Assembly (NCBI GenBank): GCA_028534125.1
Contig: CM052816.1
Span: 52,454,001-52,518,000 of the forward strand
From: Lama glama
Taxonomy: Eukaryota
DNA: 64,000 nucleotides
Direction of reading: 5' to 3'
How positions within the stretch are numbered: the stretch's first letter is position 1; each line of letters opens with the position of its first letter. Made by a program: the position numbers and the translations under genes. The notes under the pieces were generated by a model. The model was not told the DNA's origin, made no database searches, and saw only the letters and a program-made list of their open reading frames with translations. Shown in pieces: positions 50,537 through 63,580 of the stretch.

Positions 50537-52818
50537 GTAAGCCGGCTTGTGCTTGCAGGATGAATATTTTCATTTGTGGAGTCAGGACTGTTGTCTCCAT
50601 GAGCTATTGTTTAAATATCAGGGATGTGATATATTAAAACAGGGAGAAGGTCCAGACTTTCTTATTAAACAAAGTCCTTAATGTGAGATAGGAACATGGA
50701 AATTCCTTCTCTCAAGTTTTCCTGCTGTGCAGGAAAGACCTGGACTGAGGATGGCTGTTGAGTTTGCTTTTATGCCAAATCTGCATTTTCCTACTCAGAA
50801 ATACTCAAATATTTAAGAAATATTTTTAAATATTCAAGAAATATTTTTGTTTTGCTCCATTTATTATTTTATTACTATGATTTTTAGATGGTTATTAATT
50901 TACTTTTCTCTGGGTGGTCATTTGTCTGTAACAGAATGTGGAAAGAGTAGGCAGCTGGAGACAGGATTGGAGCCCAGCTCAGCCCTTTCCTGGCTGTGTG
51001 ACTGAATCGTTCATCTTCAATAGCATTTATTTATAGAGACAACAGAACCTGCCTGAGCTTTGGAGCTGGACTCCCTGGTTCTGCCACTTAAGTAACTCAT
51101 GTTAAAGTTACTTACTTTTCTCTGCCTAGACACCGTGCCTTTAAAATAAGAATTTTAATTCTTTAATTTTAATTCTTATTTTAACAAGATAATTAAATAA
51201 GATTCCTCTCTTCCAGAGTGGTTTTTAAGAATTCAGTGAGTATGTGTGTATATGTAGGTATACGAACAGTTCCTGGCACATAGTAGGTGCTTAGAAAGGG
51301 TAGCTGTTAATCTTGTAGAGTAGTTGCAATGATTGTTTGAGAACTATAAAACCACTATTGTAAGTTGTTATATATGAGCCTCTGAACTTTGTCAGTAAAG
51401 GACTAGATTTTCTTATTTTGATTTCCAAACCTGTTATTTCATCACCTTTATCACTTTTGTGATATATAAATGTGTACGTAAATGTATACATCTACACCTA
51501 AGTGTATATAGACGTGTGTATGTTTGGGTACATTTGATCTCATATAAGTCAGGTTAAATACATATACTCCCTTTCTCTAGAACAGAAAATTGAAGTTGTT
51601 TTCTGTTTTCAAATTTAGAAAGCAAATGCAAAGATAATTGGAAAGTTTTAGCATACACGTGTACTATGTATGGGTCTTGCCTTTACAGCTATTTATAGTA
51701 CAATGTGGATATAATTGTAGGTCTTACGTTAAGTATAGTCTATCCTGGATATAGTTTTGTTTTTTTTTTTAAACTCTATCTTGACTCTAAGTTATTTAAA
51801 TCTGGTCTCTTTAATACATAAAAAGTCAAAACAGCCATAAAAGAAAGTCTTAATCTCTGATTTTAACTTAATGGGGTTTTTGGTTACAACATTTTTCGTT
51901 TTAATGGTAGGTATCACTTAAATACAGAAAAAAAACTTTTATTTTTAATTTCGGGTGGTACTACTTAAATAGCAAAGTTCATATTTTGGTCAATTAAAAA
52001 ATTTTTTTTCATTGGCCTAAGAATAAAGATTCCTCAAACCACAGCATAAACAGTTAAGTTTACTATTTCAAGTGTGAATACCAGTCATAATTTTAGTCCA
52101 ACTTCAAACTCTTAGAATGTGTATGTTTGTAAAGTGGTTTCTAGCCTGTTATTTCATGTTTATGTTCCTTATTTTTGGGCAGAGTTGGCAAACAGACCCA
52201 ACTTGGGTGTTTAAAATTGAAGACTCTGTGTTAGATTAAAAAGTAAACTACTTACTACTGATGGCATTGTGATAGAAATCTTTGGTATGTAGCCTCTCAA
52301 AATTTTTTAGAACTCTAGACCACTTGAAGAGGTTCCCAGGTTACAGTCTGAAAGATGTCACCAACCATCCTGTTACCGATAGTAAAGTGGTTCCTATTTG
52401 GTTGTTGAATAGTCTGGACACTTCTCCAAAGAGGATGGACACAGAGGACCCGCTCAGTTACTTGCACGCTGCCTCTGTTCAGAGGCTGCCCAGTCAACTG
52501 AAAAATGGGTCTAAGCGTACTTTTTACTATTGCTTCAATAGTACTGAAAAGAGCAAGACTCTTAGAGGCTCCTGGAACTGAGGAACCCTTTAGCACTGAG
52601 CTGGAACCCAAGGGTCATGCTCTGAGAAGCTGCCTAGGTGGCAGGGGGCGCTTTGCAGTAGCAGCCGTCTAGTCTGAGTCAGATGGTGGAGTAGAAGTTC
52701 CCGGTAATGAGGCTTCATTATTCCGAGCTACCTGAATTTTCCCAGAGTGAGTGCTTCCGTGAGGTACAGCAGGCTTTTCTAATTTGGCTGTTCCTTTTCT
52801 CTCTTCTCTCTTCACAAG

Positions 52819-52945
52819 TTCTAGACGAACACGGGAAGAATGTCACCATCTGTGTGCCTGACTTCGGTCAGGACCTGTACAGAGACAAAAACTTGGTGGC
52901 CAGACTGGGTACTGCTCTCTCGTGTGGGTGCATCTTATATTCGTG
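52819..52945 (+). CDS. SERINC5: SERINC5 exon 8 (VLDEHGKNVTICVPDFGQDLYRDKNLVARLGTALSCGCILYS)
   Basis: Pyrimidine tract plus aag acceptor, donor gtaagt, 127 nt. The NVT N-glycosylation sequon is retained. Confidence 0.95.
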
Positions 52946-54304
52946 GTAAGTTTTAGGAGCTACTTGAGGCCATCTTTAAAAGGCAGACTTTAAAAGTACA
53001 AGAGGAGAATTTAAATAAGTTTTAGCAGTGTGGGGCAGCCAAACAAGTACCATCTGAGGACAAGGGAAAATAGAGCCCAAAGGAAAAAGGAAGTATTACA
53101 GCACGAAATCTAGGTGGACTCGTTTGCCTGACTTGTATTTATATGCAGTAAATAAAATGACTCTATGGTTTGTTGCAACCCTTTAAAAGACAGTTGAATA
53201 TTACTTGCTGAAGCATTTTTGGCGGACACGGGAGCACAAAGTGAGGAAGAGATGATATGTGCCAGAATGTTTTGGCAACTTTCTAATCCAAGGGAAATAC
53301 CATTTGTTCTCCTGTTGATGGAAAGAGTACAAAGCACTACATACACAGTCATTTTGTGCCTGGGCCAGGAAAGACAAGTAATGTCCCTTTTCTTTCATGC
53401 TAAAACCCAGGGTGCTGTTAAGGAGGCGAGGTCACTCCTCACAAGTGTGATAAGTAAGCAGGCTGTGTTTCAGATGGCGGGGGTGGGGTTTAGCCCACCT
53501 TTAAAATGTGTAAAAGATGCCAGAGGGAGAAAAGCAAGGGACAGATATGATAAGTTTCTTACTCTGGGTACATATTTCACTGATGATTAAGCTTCCCTTT
53601 GACAGTAACCCTTTCATGTTTAGGTTTTACCTCCGTGTTTTACGTTATGTTTGTTATGTTTCAGTGGATAAAAATTTCAACTAATCACAGGCACATGATA
53701 GTCTTCCTCTGGCTGAAACTGAACAGCCCACGGTGGTGATAGCTTGTATAAATAGAACATCTTTCTGAGCAGGTTGGCTTTTTCTCTTGCAGTTTCTAAC
53801 TGTAATGCTTGAAAGGGACAACAGACATAGACCGGGAGAGCTGAGTTTTATAAAGCACGCGCTCACAGTCGTGCATGAAGTCATCACATGCGTGCCTGTG
53901 CTGCAGGTGGTCCCCCCAGTGAAGGTTGTGTCACAGCGACTCTCAGCCTGTCCCTGACGTAGTGACAGCCTCTACTTACAGCAGAAGGGACCATGGTGAC
54001 CACTTCCTGGCCTTTTATTTTTATTAATTCCATAATTGTTCACTGATTCAGACCCACTTCAATGAATGTTTTCAGGAAGACCGTAAAGCACCCACATTTT
54101 AATCCTGATTCTCAGCTCTTCCTTTCTTAAGTTTTTCATTCCTGAGCCTGTGATTTTATTGTTGGGCTTTGAGGAGAAATGGCAGCAACACAACTAATTT
54201 TATGATTTGTCACTCACTTTTTTCTGTATTGGCATATAAAAAATACTGGTAGGAGAGCGAGGAGAAAGTAAGTTACTAGACTATAAACAATAGAATATTC
54301 CATT

Positions 54305-54440
54305 TTTTACTTTTTAAAAAATTGGGGGAGGTGGATAATTAGGTTATTTATTTATTTTTTAATGGAGGTACCAGAGATTGAACCCAAGACCTGGTGCATG
54401 CTAAGCATGTGCTCTGCCACTGGGCTGTACCCTCCCCCAC
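54305..54440 (-). mobile_element. tRNA-derived SINE (vic-1-like)
   Basis: Reverse-complement pattern GGAGGTAC...GATTGAACCC...GCATGCTAAGCATG...CCACTGGGCTGTACCCTCCCC. Confidence 0.85.
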
Positions 54441-55664
54441 CATTTCTAAAATAAAATATAGTTGTGTTTACATAGGCAGAAAAAGCCCTGGAAGGAGATA
54501 TGCCAAGCTTGTAATAGTGGTGGTATCAGGGATAACATTTTTTTTCTCTTGCTTTCCTGTTTTTTCTAAAAAAAAGTTTTACAGTGAGCTAGTGTTTCTT
54601 CTGTTTGTATTATCAGGAAAGAAAAAAAAAAACTATGAAGATATTTAATAGAATAAAATCGTATGTTTTTTTGAGTGGCAGAATGCCTAATCCCACATGG
54701 AAAGAAAAAGGTTTGCCCCTTAGATAAAATAGAGCTTAGATTTGCTGTCAGCCCATCAATGGAAAAGATGGCAAAAATGCTATTTAGTGTGCTGATGTAA
54801 CTGCCACCAGCAGTGTTAGTTTGTAGGATGCAACTTCCACCCTATCACATTTCCACTGCCTCCCTTGAGTGAGAGATGATCATTAAAACATTGCCCCCGT
54901 TGAAATTTAGAGGCACCTTAGTGGAGGTTATAAGTTCTGGTCTAATATTCCCAAAAGATGACAACTTTCAAAGCTGTCAGCTGCTACTTAAAGTCTGTCT
55001 ACGTGCCAGTAACAGACGTTATTGGATGCTAGTGATCGGACTGCAAAACTGCAGCACCCAGTGGAACAAGGATGCAGAAAACACAGCTGCACTGAGTGGA
55101 GATGAGGAGTAACCGGGCAGCTCCGGGCTGGGGGCGTAATGGACAGGCTTCCTGGTGACGGCAGCTGATTCCTCCCAGGAGCCAGTGAAGCTGAGCACCC
55201 TGGGTCAGGGTGACTGGTGTTTGCTCTAATTACCTACTGCAGCTCCAGGCAGAGTCAGCTTCGAGGACTTGATAACCAAGTGTCTTGGAGCTCGCGAGGG
55301 AGTGAGTTCAGGCCTGGGGAAGCCTTGAAAAAGGGAATGCTGCGAGGTGTGGGAGGCACCCGATTAGGAGGGTTTCAAATCTTGATTTCCTAGACTCAGG
55401 AATGAAAGGCTGGAAGATGTTACAAATGGAGACTGCATTGCCTAGGTGAAAACCATCCTTTGAAGTTGATTGCAGGAATATCTAGAATTCTCGATAGAAA
55501 TTGTAGGAAGCCAGAAGACAGAGTGGTATATAATGAAAAGGAGAAGAAATCACCGATTTTCAGTGAAAGGCCAGGGTTGCCTGGGATTGGGGTTAACTTT
55601 TTTGGTAAGTTCTTAGAGGCTCACTGTGCTATGGTCTCACTCATCTAGAGTCTCCTCACCCCCA

Positions 55665-55735
55665 GCACACACCAACACCACACACACACACACACACACA
55701 CACACAAATACACACATATTCACATACTCACACGC
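55665..55735. repeat. (CA)n microsatellite
   Basis: Directly visible. Confidence 0.95.
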
Positions 55736-58700
55736 ATCTTTAGGGGACTCTCACAATGACCTTCAATCTCAAGTCCTGCAGAAGCAGGGGTACTCACTGT
55801 GAGCATGTTTTACTCTTGGCTGTCTTAGCTTGGAAGAAGGGCTCAGTCAAAACCCATTCCCTGGCTTTCCAACTGAGGCCATCCTTTCTCCTGAAGCCCC
55901 TTTTCTTGTACCTAGGCATTGTTGCTGTGAAGAAATGTCACAGCTTGCACCCCGTCAGGAGTTCCCTGGTGACTCTTTCTATAGGTCAATGCCCCTACTG
56001 CCTCTCAGGTCTGGGTCCTTGCTGTGATAGACCCTGGCCTCCCCCAGCTATTCCTTAAGTCCCTCCTTTGTCTCTTCATTTTGACTGAAATTGTTATTCT
56101 GTTGGCTTAAGTTAACAAACTGTCACATTGGACAGGATCATGAAGTCAGTCAGGTTCAATTCCCTTGTTGTACATAAAAGGCAACGGAAGCGTGGATCCT
56201 GCTCCTGCGAATTCTACCCCCAGTTTCAGGAAACTTACTTGAGTCTCCTTTGCCGGGAGTGTTGAGAGAGATGGGTTCATAGTCATTTTTCAGCCCCCTG
56301 GGTGGCGTGGAATGAAGTCTTCACAGAGGTAGAGTGAGCCGCTGGATGGCTTACATAACTGCATTATTAGGAGGCATTTGTGCTGTAAAATGTTCCCTGG
56401 CTGTTTCAGTTTTAGCTATGCTTAAGAAACAAAAGTGTGTATTTTTTCAGCTGTCTACGAATTTGAATACAAAATAGGAAAAACTGAGACTCTTTATTAG
56501 GGTCAAACAACTTGCTGGTTCAAAATGGGGCATTCACAGCAGTACGGCAGACCATGTGAGACAGCAAATCGAGGAGAGATATCTATTCTTTCGGTGTGTT
56601 CTGGACCTGCTACTTTTATTTAAGAAGGAGAGTATCTTTATTTTGGGAATCCTGCCACTTCCTAATCTGCCAGCTAGAAATCTTCATGTCTCTGCATCAA
56701 GGGGCACGTTGAGGGCCCCCTCCCACCAGCTCCAGTCTCCTTTGAGAACTGTGAGTCACCATTTGTATGGTACAGTGGGAACATCATTGAACCTTGATTA
56801 TGCTAAGGCTGGGGAAAGTCGTGGGATCTCTCAAGGGCCCTGTAAGTTTGTTGGGGGCAGAATCTGTGGTCTCCAATAGGAAAGTCTGGACAAGTTCTTT
56901 GGAGATTCTCTGTGACCCTGGGAAGTTTGGCCAGTTCCAAAATCACACTGAAGCAGGTGTGGAGGGGCACCTACATAGCAAATCATTCTTCCAGTATGAA
57001 AGAGGTTCTGGGCACCACAGTGACTGAGGGTAAAAGGAGGCATTTTTTTGGTTGTCACAATGATTGCAAGGTACTGCTGGCTTTTTGTGAGTGAAAGTTC
57101 GAGACAAGTAAGGTGATTAGACATTCTCTGTCCAGTGAAACATTGTCCCAACCAAGTGCTGTTGGTCTCCTCCCACCCCCACAGGAAGTACGGGGTTAAA
57201 ATCACTCAGGCCTTAGCCCTGGAAGGGAAGAGGTTATGGATAATCCGGGAATTGTTTTGTGCAGACCAGGTGGGTCTTAGTAATAGCCAGAGTATAGACA
57301 ATAAGAATTTCCTAGGCTCTTAAAGAGTTTGTAAAAACAGCATTTTCTTGATAATTCCAAAAAGAGTGTTTTGTACGTAAAGGCCATGACTGAATAAAGA
57401 CCTTATCTCACAGCAATATCTACTTGTAGAAGTCACACGTCACTAATGATGAGCTGATTACAAAGGTATTTTTAGAAGTGAGAACCAAAGCTTCCCCATT
57501 TAGTGCTGTCTGCTGTTGAAAGTGAAGTGGCAAAGGTGCTAGGATCAAAAGCTTTGCTTTTCTGAAACACATTTTGTGCCCCAGAATTTTTATTCGAACT
57601 CTTTTAAAGAAGAACCATCATCTTTCAGATGAATATTCCAGATATTGATCTCTTCCTAAAGTTTAGTCTTATTTTCCTCCATGGAAACAATGTACTGTAT
57701 TAAAGCATAATCCATATGCACAAAATGTGACACGCCCTTGAATGCAGGAGCAAGGTCTGTGTTTTCTTGGGTGCACAGCCGTTGGGAAATGTTTCTGTCA
57801 TTCCTTTGGCCAGGCTCAGGGTCAGAAAGTGGGGGTGGAGTGGGCCTCCATTAGTATCCATCTGTTCAAGGCAGAAATGAAAGCGATGCTGCTGGACTTG
57901 CGTGGACCACAAAAGAAGCAATACTCTTGGATCCCAGAGGACTTTTTTATGAGGAAAGCTTTTTATTATTTATTTGCATCTCATTGATCTTTCTCTCCTT
58001 GGAAAAGAGGATGAGAATGAGCAGAGAAGGCAGCATTGCCTCTTGAGGTCTGTTTGGCTGAAATGAGCCTGCTGGGTCCTGCCTTTTCACCAACCCCTCC
58101 CAGCCCTCCTCTTCCACACACCCCCTTGCCCCCAACCTGCTAGCGCAAGAGCTGCAGGACGGCAGGGATTGCTGTGTGTTTCGCTGAGACCCCAGTGCGT
58201 AGAACGGGGCCTGGCATGTGGCACACCTTCAGTAAATATTTGCTGAATAACTCTGTACAGTTAGCTGGAACTGTAAGTATTGTATATTTTTCTATTTGCT
58301 TAAAATGGTCCTTTCTGCCCTCCAGGAAAATTAAATACCTTTTTAACCCCTGTAAGCCAGATTTTGTAGTATTTTACCTCTATGTGGAAAGTGGCAGGAG
58401 GAATTTTTTTTTTATCACATTGATAGTTACTCTATGCTGAATTTCTAAATAAGAAAACCTTGTGTGGCAAAAGGTGTGATTATCACAGAAAATAGTGATG
58501 ACCTTTGCTTTTCATGCCCTTGCGTTTCATTGCCATTTCTGACTTCTTTCACTGGTTTTGATCCTTTCTAAGTGAGACTAATCAAAGGGAGAGGAAAGAT
58601 AAAAGTGCAGTCTGAAAATTATGTTGGCATTTGAGGGAAGAAGAGGCCAGAGCCAACAGTGAAAACCAAGCTAATAGGACCAAAAAAGTCTTTTTTTTTT

Positions 58701-58944
58701 TTCACCTGTAAGCTTGTCTTTGCATAAAATAATCTAATGCAATCGATGTGAAAAGACACCAGCTCTCAAATCGGTCAGCCAGTTTGGGAACGAAGTGGGA
58801 TGTTAAAATAGACAGCTTCCATTTAAGCAGAACGGTGGGTTAGAGTGAGCCTTGTTGGCGCCTGGCTCTGCCAGGCGTCTCTGCCCTCCTTCACTGTGAT
58901 GTAACACGTTAACACACTCTGCTGACCTTTTGCTTGTCTCTTAG

Positions 58945-59011
58945 TTTGACCTCGACGACAAGGTGGAGTTCCGATGCTCTGCAGGGGCGATACGGGGCTC
59001 CTGAACTGGAA
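58945..59011 (+). CDS. SERINC5: SERINC5 exon 9 (LTSTTRWSSDALQGRYGAPELE)
   Basis: Acceptor ctcttag, donor gtaagt, 67 nt. In frame. Confidence 0.95.
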
Positions 59012-59664
59012 GTAAGTTCGTTTCCTTTTCTTGCCCTGCTTTGTCTCAGAAGACCCTTCTTTCAGCAACGTTTTTTCTGTGTTTACTTGCATCTTTATTG
59101 ATCTGCATTCCATGATCCCATTTTTCTCCTGAGGAAGGAACTCAGTTTTTGTACAGAAGAAATGTCCTGAATATACTATGGGATTGAAAAGAAATCCTCG
59201 ATTTTCCTCCCACACATTTGGCCTCTGGTGTGGCATCCGGCTGCCCAGCTTCCACCAGCGGCTTGTCAGGCTTTGTCAGGCTGCTCTCTGTCTGCTTTTT
59301 TCCTGTCGGAACAGAAGGGAGGAGGGTGGTTTCTTAATTTCCAGTCCATTCCCCTAGTCTATACCTGTCTTTGCTCTCCATCCATGGCACGACCACGAGG
59401 TTACATGGTAGCTTTCGAAGGAGGAGAGAAAGGTGGAGAAGGGGAGGAGCGAGCCTCTGCTCTGGGCCGCACGGGGTCTGTGCAGGAGCTTGCTAACTGC
59501 ATCAGCTCCAGCCGGTGGGCATTTCACTGGGTGAAGAACTGTGAACAGTAGGCATCCAAAGAGCCAGGGTGGCAACAGATGCCTTTCAGTCAGCAAAACA
59601 TCCGTTATTTTCTTTCTTGTGCAAAAGTTTTTTGGGGGGGCCCTCAATGAAAGTCCACCAAGGT

Positions 59665-59935
59665 CAAAAAATAAACTCAGAGACATAGAAATAAGCTATG
59701 GTTACCAAAGGGGAAAGATAAATTGGGAGTTTGGGATTAACATACACACAAACAACAAGGACCTACTGTATAGCACAGGGAACTATGGTCAATGTCTTTT
59801 AATAACCTATAATGGAAAAGAATCTGAAAAAGTTTATATATATATATATAAAATGTATGTATAACTGAATCACTTTACTGTACACCGGAAACTAACACAA
59901 CATTGTAAATCAACTATACTTCAATTGAAAAAAAA
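59665..59935 (+). mobile_element. L1 3' UTR (artiodactyl-type) with polyA tail
   Basis: CAACAAGGACCTACTGTATAGCACAGGGAAC...AACATTGTAAATCAACTATACTTCAATT followed by an A tail. Confidence 0.88.
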
Positions 59936-61574
59936 GGTCTAATCACATGGAAGCAGCCAGGAGACCCAGCCCTGACCCCAAGAATGGAAAGAACAAGAGG
60001 TCCCAGGGGTGGCTGAGACTTTGAGCCCTTGATGCGTGCCAGGCACGGTTCTGAGTGCTACAGCTGTGATTTCATTTAATCCTCAAAAAAAAAAAAAAAT
60101 CCCAAACAAAAAAATCCAAGGGAGGGTTTTAATCTCCATTTTACAGAGGTAGAAAAACAGAAAAGTTAAGTCATTTAAACTTTTGATTTGCCACCATGTG
60201 AGAATCTGTGTTCCTAACCACCACTGCCCAAGAGCCCATTCTCCTATCTGGCCCTGAGTGGAGGGAGAGCCCTGTTGTCTGTCCAGTTACGGGCACTTTG
60301 TTCTGCAGCTGGGTCTCAGGGGATGGTCCTTCCTGCACCTGACCTGGAGATAGTGGGCCATTATGAGGGGCTGTCAATCTGCCAGTATCAATCGCCAGCT
60401 CTTTCTGTCACTTAAAGAAGGAGAAAACTGTGCTGAGTTCGAATAGATTACTGCCTGCTACACAGAAGAGAATGGTCTCTAGAAGGCAGGCATTTGTTCT
60501 CCCCACTGACTGGGTGACCCCCTGCTGAGATTGTACTGCTGTGGTTTCAATATCCCTATTGTGTACAGAGTTAAAGTGCAGAGAACAGCAAGTCTCCAAG
60601 TTAGGTTTAAGAGAGACGTTTTTCTTCTCATTCCAACGAAAGAGCCCCAGTGTTTCCCTCTGAACTGGAGAACACGCAGGCTGGAAGTTGGCTTGCTAAC
60701 TCCTTGCACCACGTTTCACAGGATGCACCTTTGAAAGAGAGAGCTAGTCATGCCTTGTGGTAACTTAAGCTTCAAAAGAACTGGGACCCCAGCACACTGT
60801 GTCTTGGGCCCACTGAGTGAATTAGTGACTCTTAGACTATGTCACTTGATCCAAGATTCTGTCAAGACCAGTCCCTCTAGGACAGGTTTTCTTGATACAG
60901 GAAGGAAGCAAGGGCTGGGCTTTGAGGAGTGTAAGTGGGACGAAGCCTCCAGCTCCCCAGCCCCTGCCCATGGCTCTCTGGAGTAAAAATACCGTCAGCC
61001 GGAAGGTGCCAAGGACCCAGCGCTTCCCAGACTGTAGTGTTTCTTATTCTGTTTACCAGAGTCCTTCTGTGGTAATTTTTCATAACCTGACTTTTTAAAA
61101 TTAAGTTGATTGTTTTGAGTAGGTAAGAAACGGTACAAAATTTGGAAGGTACCAAAGGGTCTTCAGAGAAAAGCATCCCATTCATCACTGTCCCCAGCAC
61201 CGCTGCCTCCAGAGGCAGCCAGTTCAGAGCCTGATTTTAAGAGGAAGTGTGGGTAGGCCTCCTGGCCCCAAATCCCTTAGTTTTACCCTTGCTAATTCTG
61301 TTGGCTCCACCATCTCTTAGATGCCGCATGCTACCTACTGCCTCTTGTGAATCACGGACCTTGGAGTCCCCATCCTGCGTACCTGTCCCAGCTCTGTTAC
61401 TAAGCTAGTTTTGTGGCTTCAGGCTGGTTACTTAACCTGCCTGACCCCTATTTCCTCAACTATAAACAGGATAATGACCCCAGCCACAGAGTTGGAAGAG
61501 GAGTTAATGAATAGCAAGGAGAATGAAGCACCAGGAGTGAGCTCCATGAGCGCAGGGACCTTGTCTGGTTCACT

Positions 61575-61980
61575 GTGTTTCAGTGAGTTTCCCAGAAGCA
61601 GCTATTGAGGCAGAGCTGATGTGCAGAATGTTTATTAGGGATCGACACATGTGGAAGGAGGGGAAGGGGGCAGAATTGGGCAGAGGGTGAAGTCCAGGGC
61701 ACTGCAGGCTGGGCAAAGCTGCTGCTCATCTCATGGGTGCTTGGAGCAGATATGACTGATCAGAGCTGTCCCCCAGGGTCAGCGGCTGCACCTTTACATC
61801 TGTGCCGTGAGCTTGCCTGTGTGGGTTGCCCAGGAAGGGCTTGCTGTAGGGCAGGGCGACTCTGCAGCTGGGGCAAAGCCTGGGAGCTGCCGTCCAGAGA
61901 CTGTCCACTCAGGGCACTCGCAGGAGCTGAGCGAGCACTAAGGGAGCGCCTTTGAAGGAGGTCTGGGTGTCTTACCTCCA
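61575..61980. mobile_element. Probable MaLR/ERVL LTR remnant
   Basis: TTCCCAGAAGCAG...TGTTTATTAGGG...GGCAGAATTGGGCAGAGGG resembles recalled old MLT1-type LTRs. Confidence 0.45.
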
Positions 61981-62193
61981 AGTCTTTGTATTTCCTGTCA
62001 CCAGTGCCCCGAGCATCTGGGAAGGACAGATACTTTGTCAGAACCTTTCGAAGGACAAAGTATGCAGTCTGGGGCTTGGGATGTAGTTTGGATGGGGAGG
62101 GGCTAGCATGTAGGTGGCCTTTAGTGCTTCACTGATGTGGAGATGGAAAAGCAGGAAGCCCGCCTCCTGACTTTGTTGGTTTTGCCCTCCCAG

Positions 62194-62233
62194 GTAGCTC
62201 GGTGTTGCTTCTGCTTCGGCCCTGGTGGAGAGG
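62194..62233 (+). CDS. SERINC5: SERINC5 exon 10 (VARCCFCFGPGGE)
   Basis: Acceptor ccctcccag, donor gtaagt, 40 nt. Encodes the Cys cluster of intracellular loop 4. Confidence 0.95.
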
Positions 62234-62901
62234 GTAAGTAGGCAGCTTCCCTCCTGTGCCTCCATGCTGCCCTGTAGACGTGCAGCTCCGGTCTGCACTG
62301 TAGGCATTTGGGATACAGACACAAGGAGCTTGAATGGTGAGGGGAAATTTTGACTCCAAAGCTTGTTTATTGTTTATATACTTTACACATTCTTCTCGGA
62401 GGGTTGCTGGGTTTTGTTTGTTTGTACTGGTATTCTGGCAGGTGAGGGTCAGTCTGTATCTTGGCTCATGTTTATACAAATTAAGTTACACAGTGAGATA
62501 CACAGGAGCAGGAAGTACATTTTTTAAAGGAATGAAAATTCGGAAAATTTCTTTTGTTCAGTTTACTTTTCTTCTTGGATTGGAGGTCCTGGGGCTTGAG
62601 AACTCTTGGTCTGTTCTCTCACTTCCTTCTGAGCTTATAAGAAATATTATGTTTTTAAGGGCTCTCTCCTGTTTTAAAAAAAAGTGTGATGTTAGGTAAC
62701 TCATCCTGTTGCAGAAGGTTCTGGGGTGAGTTGGGGGTTTGGGGCTTATGGCATAGATGACATTGCTTGAAGATACAAATGGTTGTGACATCTTTTCCAC
62801 ACACCAGTGCCTGGGATTAAAACAAGCAATGGTGGCTTTGTGAAAACGGGAAGTGTGCATGTGTTCGTTCACTGAGCTTTTGCTCATCTTGTGGTTCACA
62901 G

Positions 62902-63046
62902 ACACTGAAGGGCAGCAGAACGTCAAAGAGGGCTCGCGGGTCATTTATGATGAGAAGAAAAGCACCGTCTATAACTACGCCTACTTCCATTTTGTGTTCT
63001 TCTTGGCCTCCCTCTATGTGATGATGACCCTCACCGACTGGTTCAA
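62902..63046 (+). CDS. SERINC5: SERINC5 exon 11 (DTEGQQNVKEGSRVIYDEKKSTVYNYAYFHFVFFLASLYVMMTLTDWF); the last exon lies beyond the window
   Basis: Acceptor ttcacag, donor gtgagt, 145 nt. Contains the conserved FHFVFFLASLYVMMT motif. Confidence 0.96.
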
Positions 63047-63416
63047 GTGAGTGGTCCGTTGACTTACATGTTTTATAAGTTGTTTAAAAAAAAAAAAGTC
63101 CTATTCTTTACATCCTGGAGATCAAATCTCTTGGAGTCAACTTAATTCTTCTCCAAGTCCTGCTTTACTCATCTTCAGAGAAACATTCTGAGTTCTTGGC
63201 AGTCTGTTGGCATACTTTTAACATTGGAAACTGGTATGGTTACTGCAGCTTTAAGAAAATGGGAGGTTAACAGCATATGGGCAATCTTGAGAACGTTGTA
63301 ATAGTAATGGGGGAAGAACTTAAGCAATCATCTGCTTTTAAGAAAGAGAAAAATACCTCTTTTTCTACTTTGTCCTTTTTTTTTTTAACACTTTCACTAC
63401 AAAAGTTTGAAACATC

Positions 63417-63580
63417 TTTTTATTTTATTTTTATATATGTATATATATATTTTTTGTGGGGGGAGGTAATTAGGCTTACTTATTTATTTTTAGAGGAGGT
63501 ACTGGGGATTGAACCCAGGACCTTGTGTATGCTAAGCATGCACTCTACCACTTGAGCTATACTGCACCCCCAACCCCGCC
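63417..63580 (-). mobile_element. tRNA-derived SINE (vic-1-like)
   Basis: GGAGGTACTGGGGATTGAACCCAGGACC...CTCTACCACTTGAGCTATAC, with a TGAAACAT target-site duplication. Confidence 0.88.
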
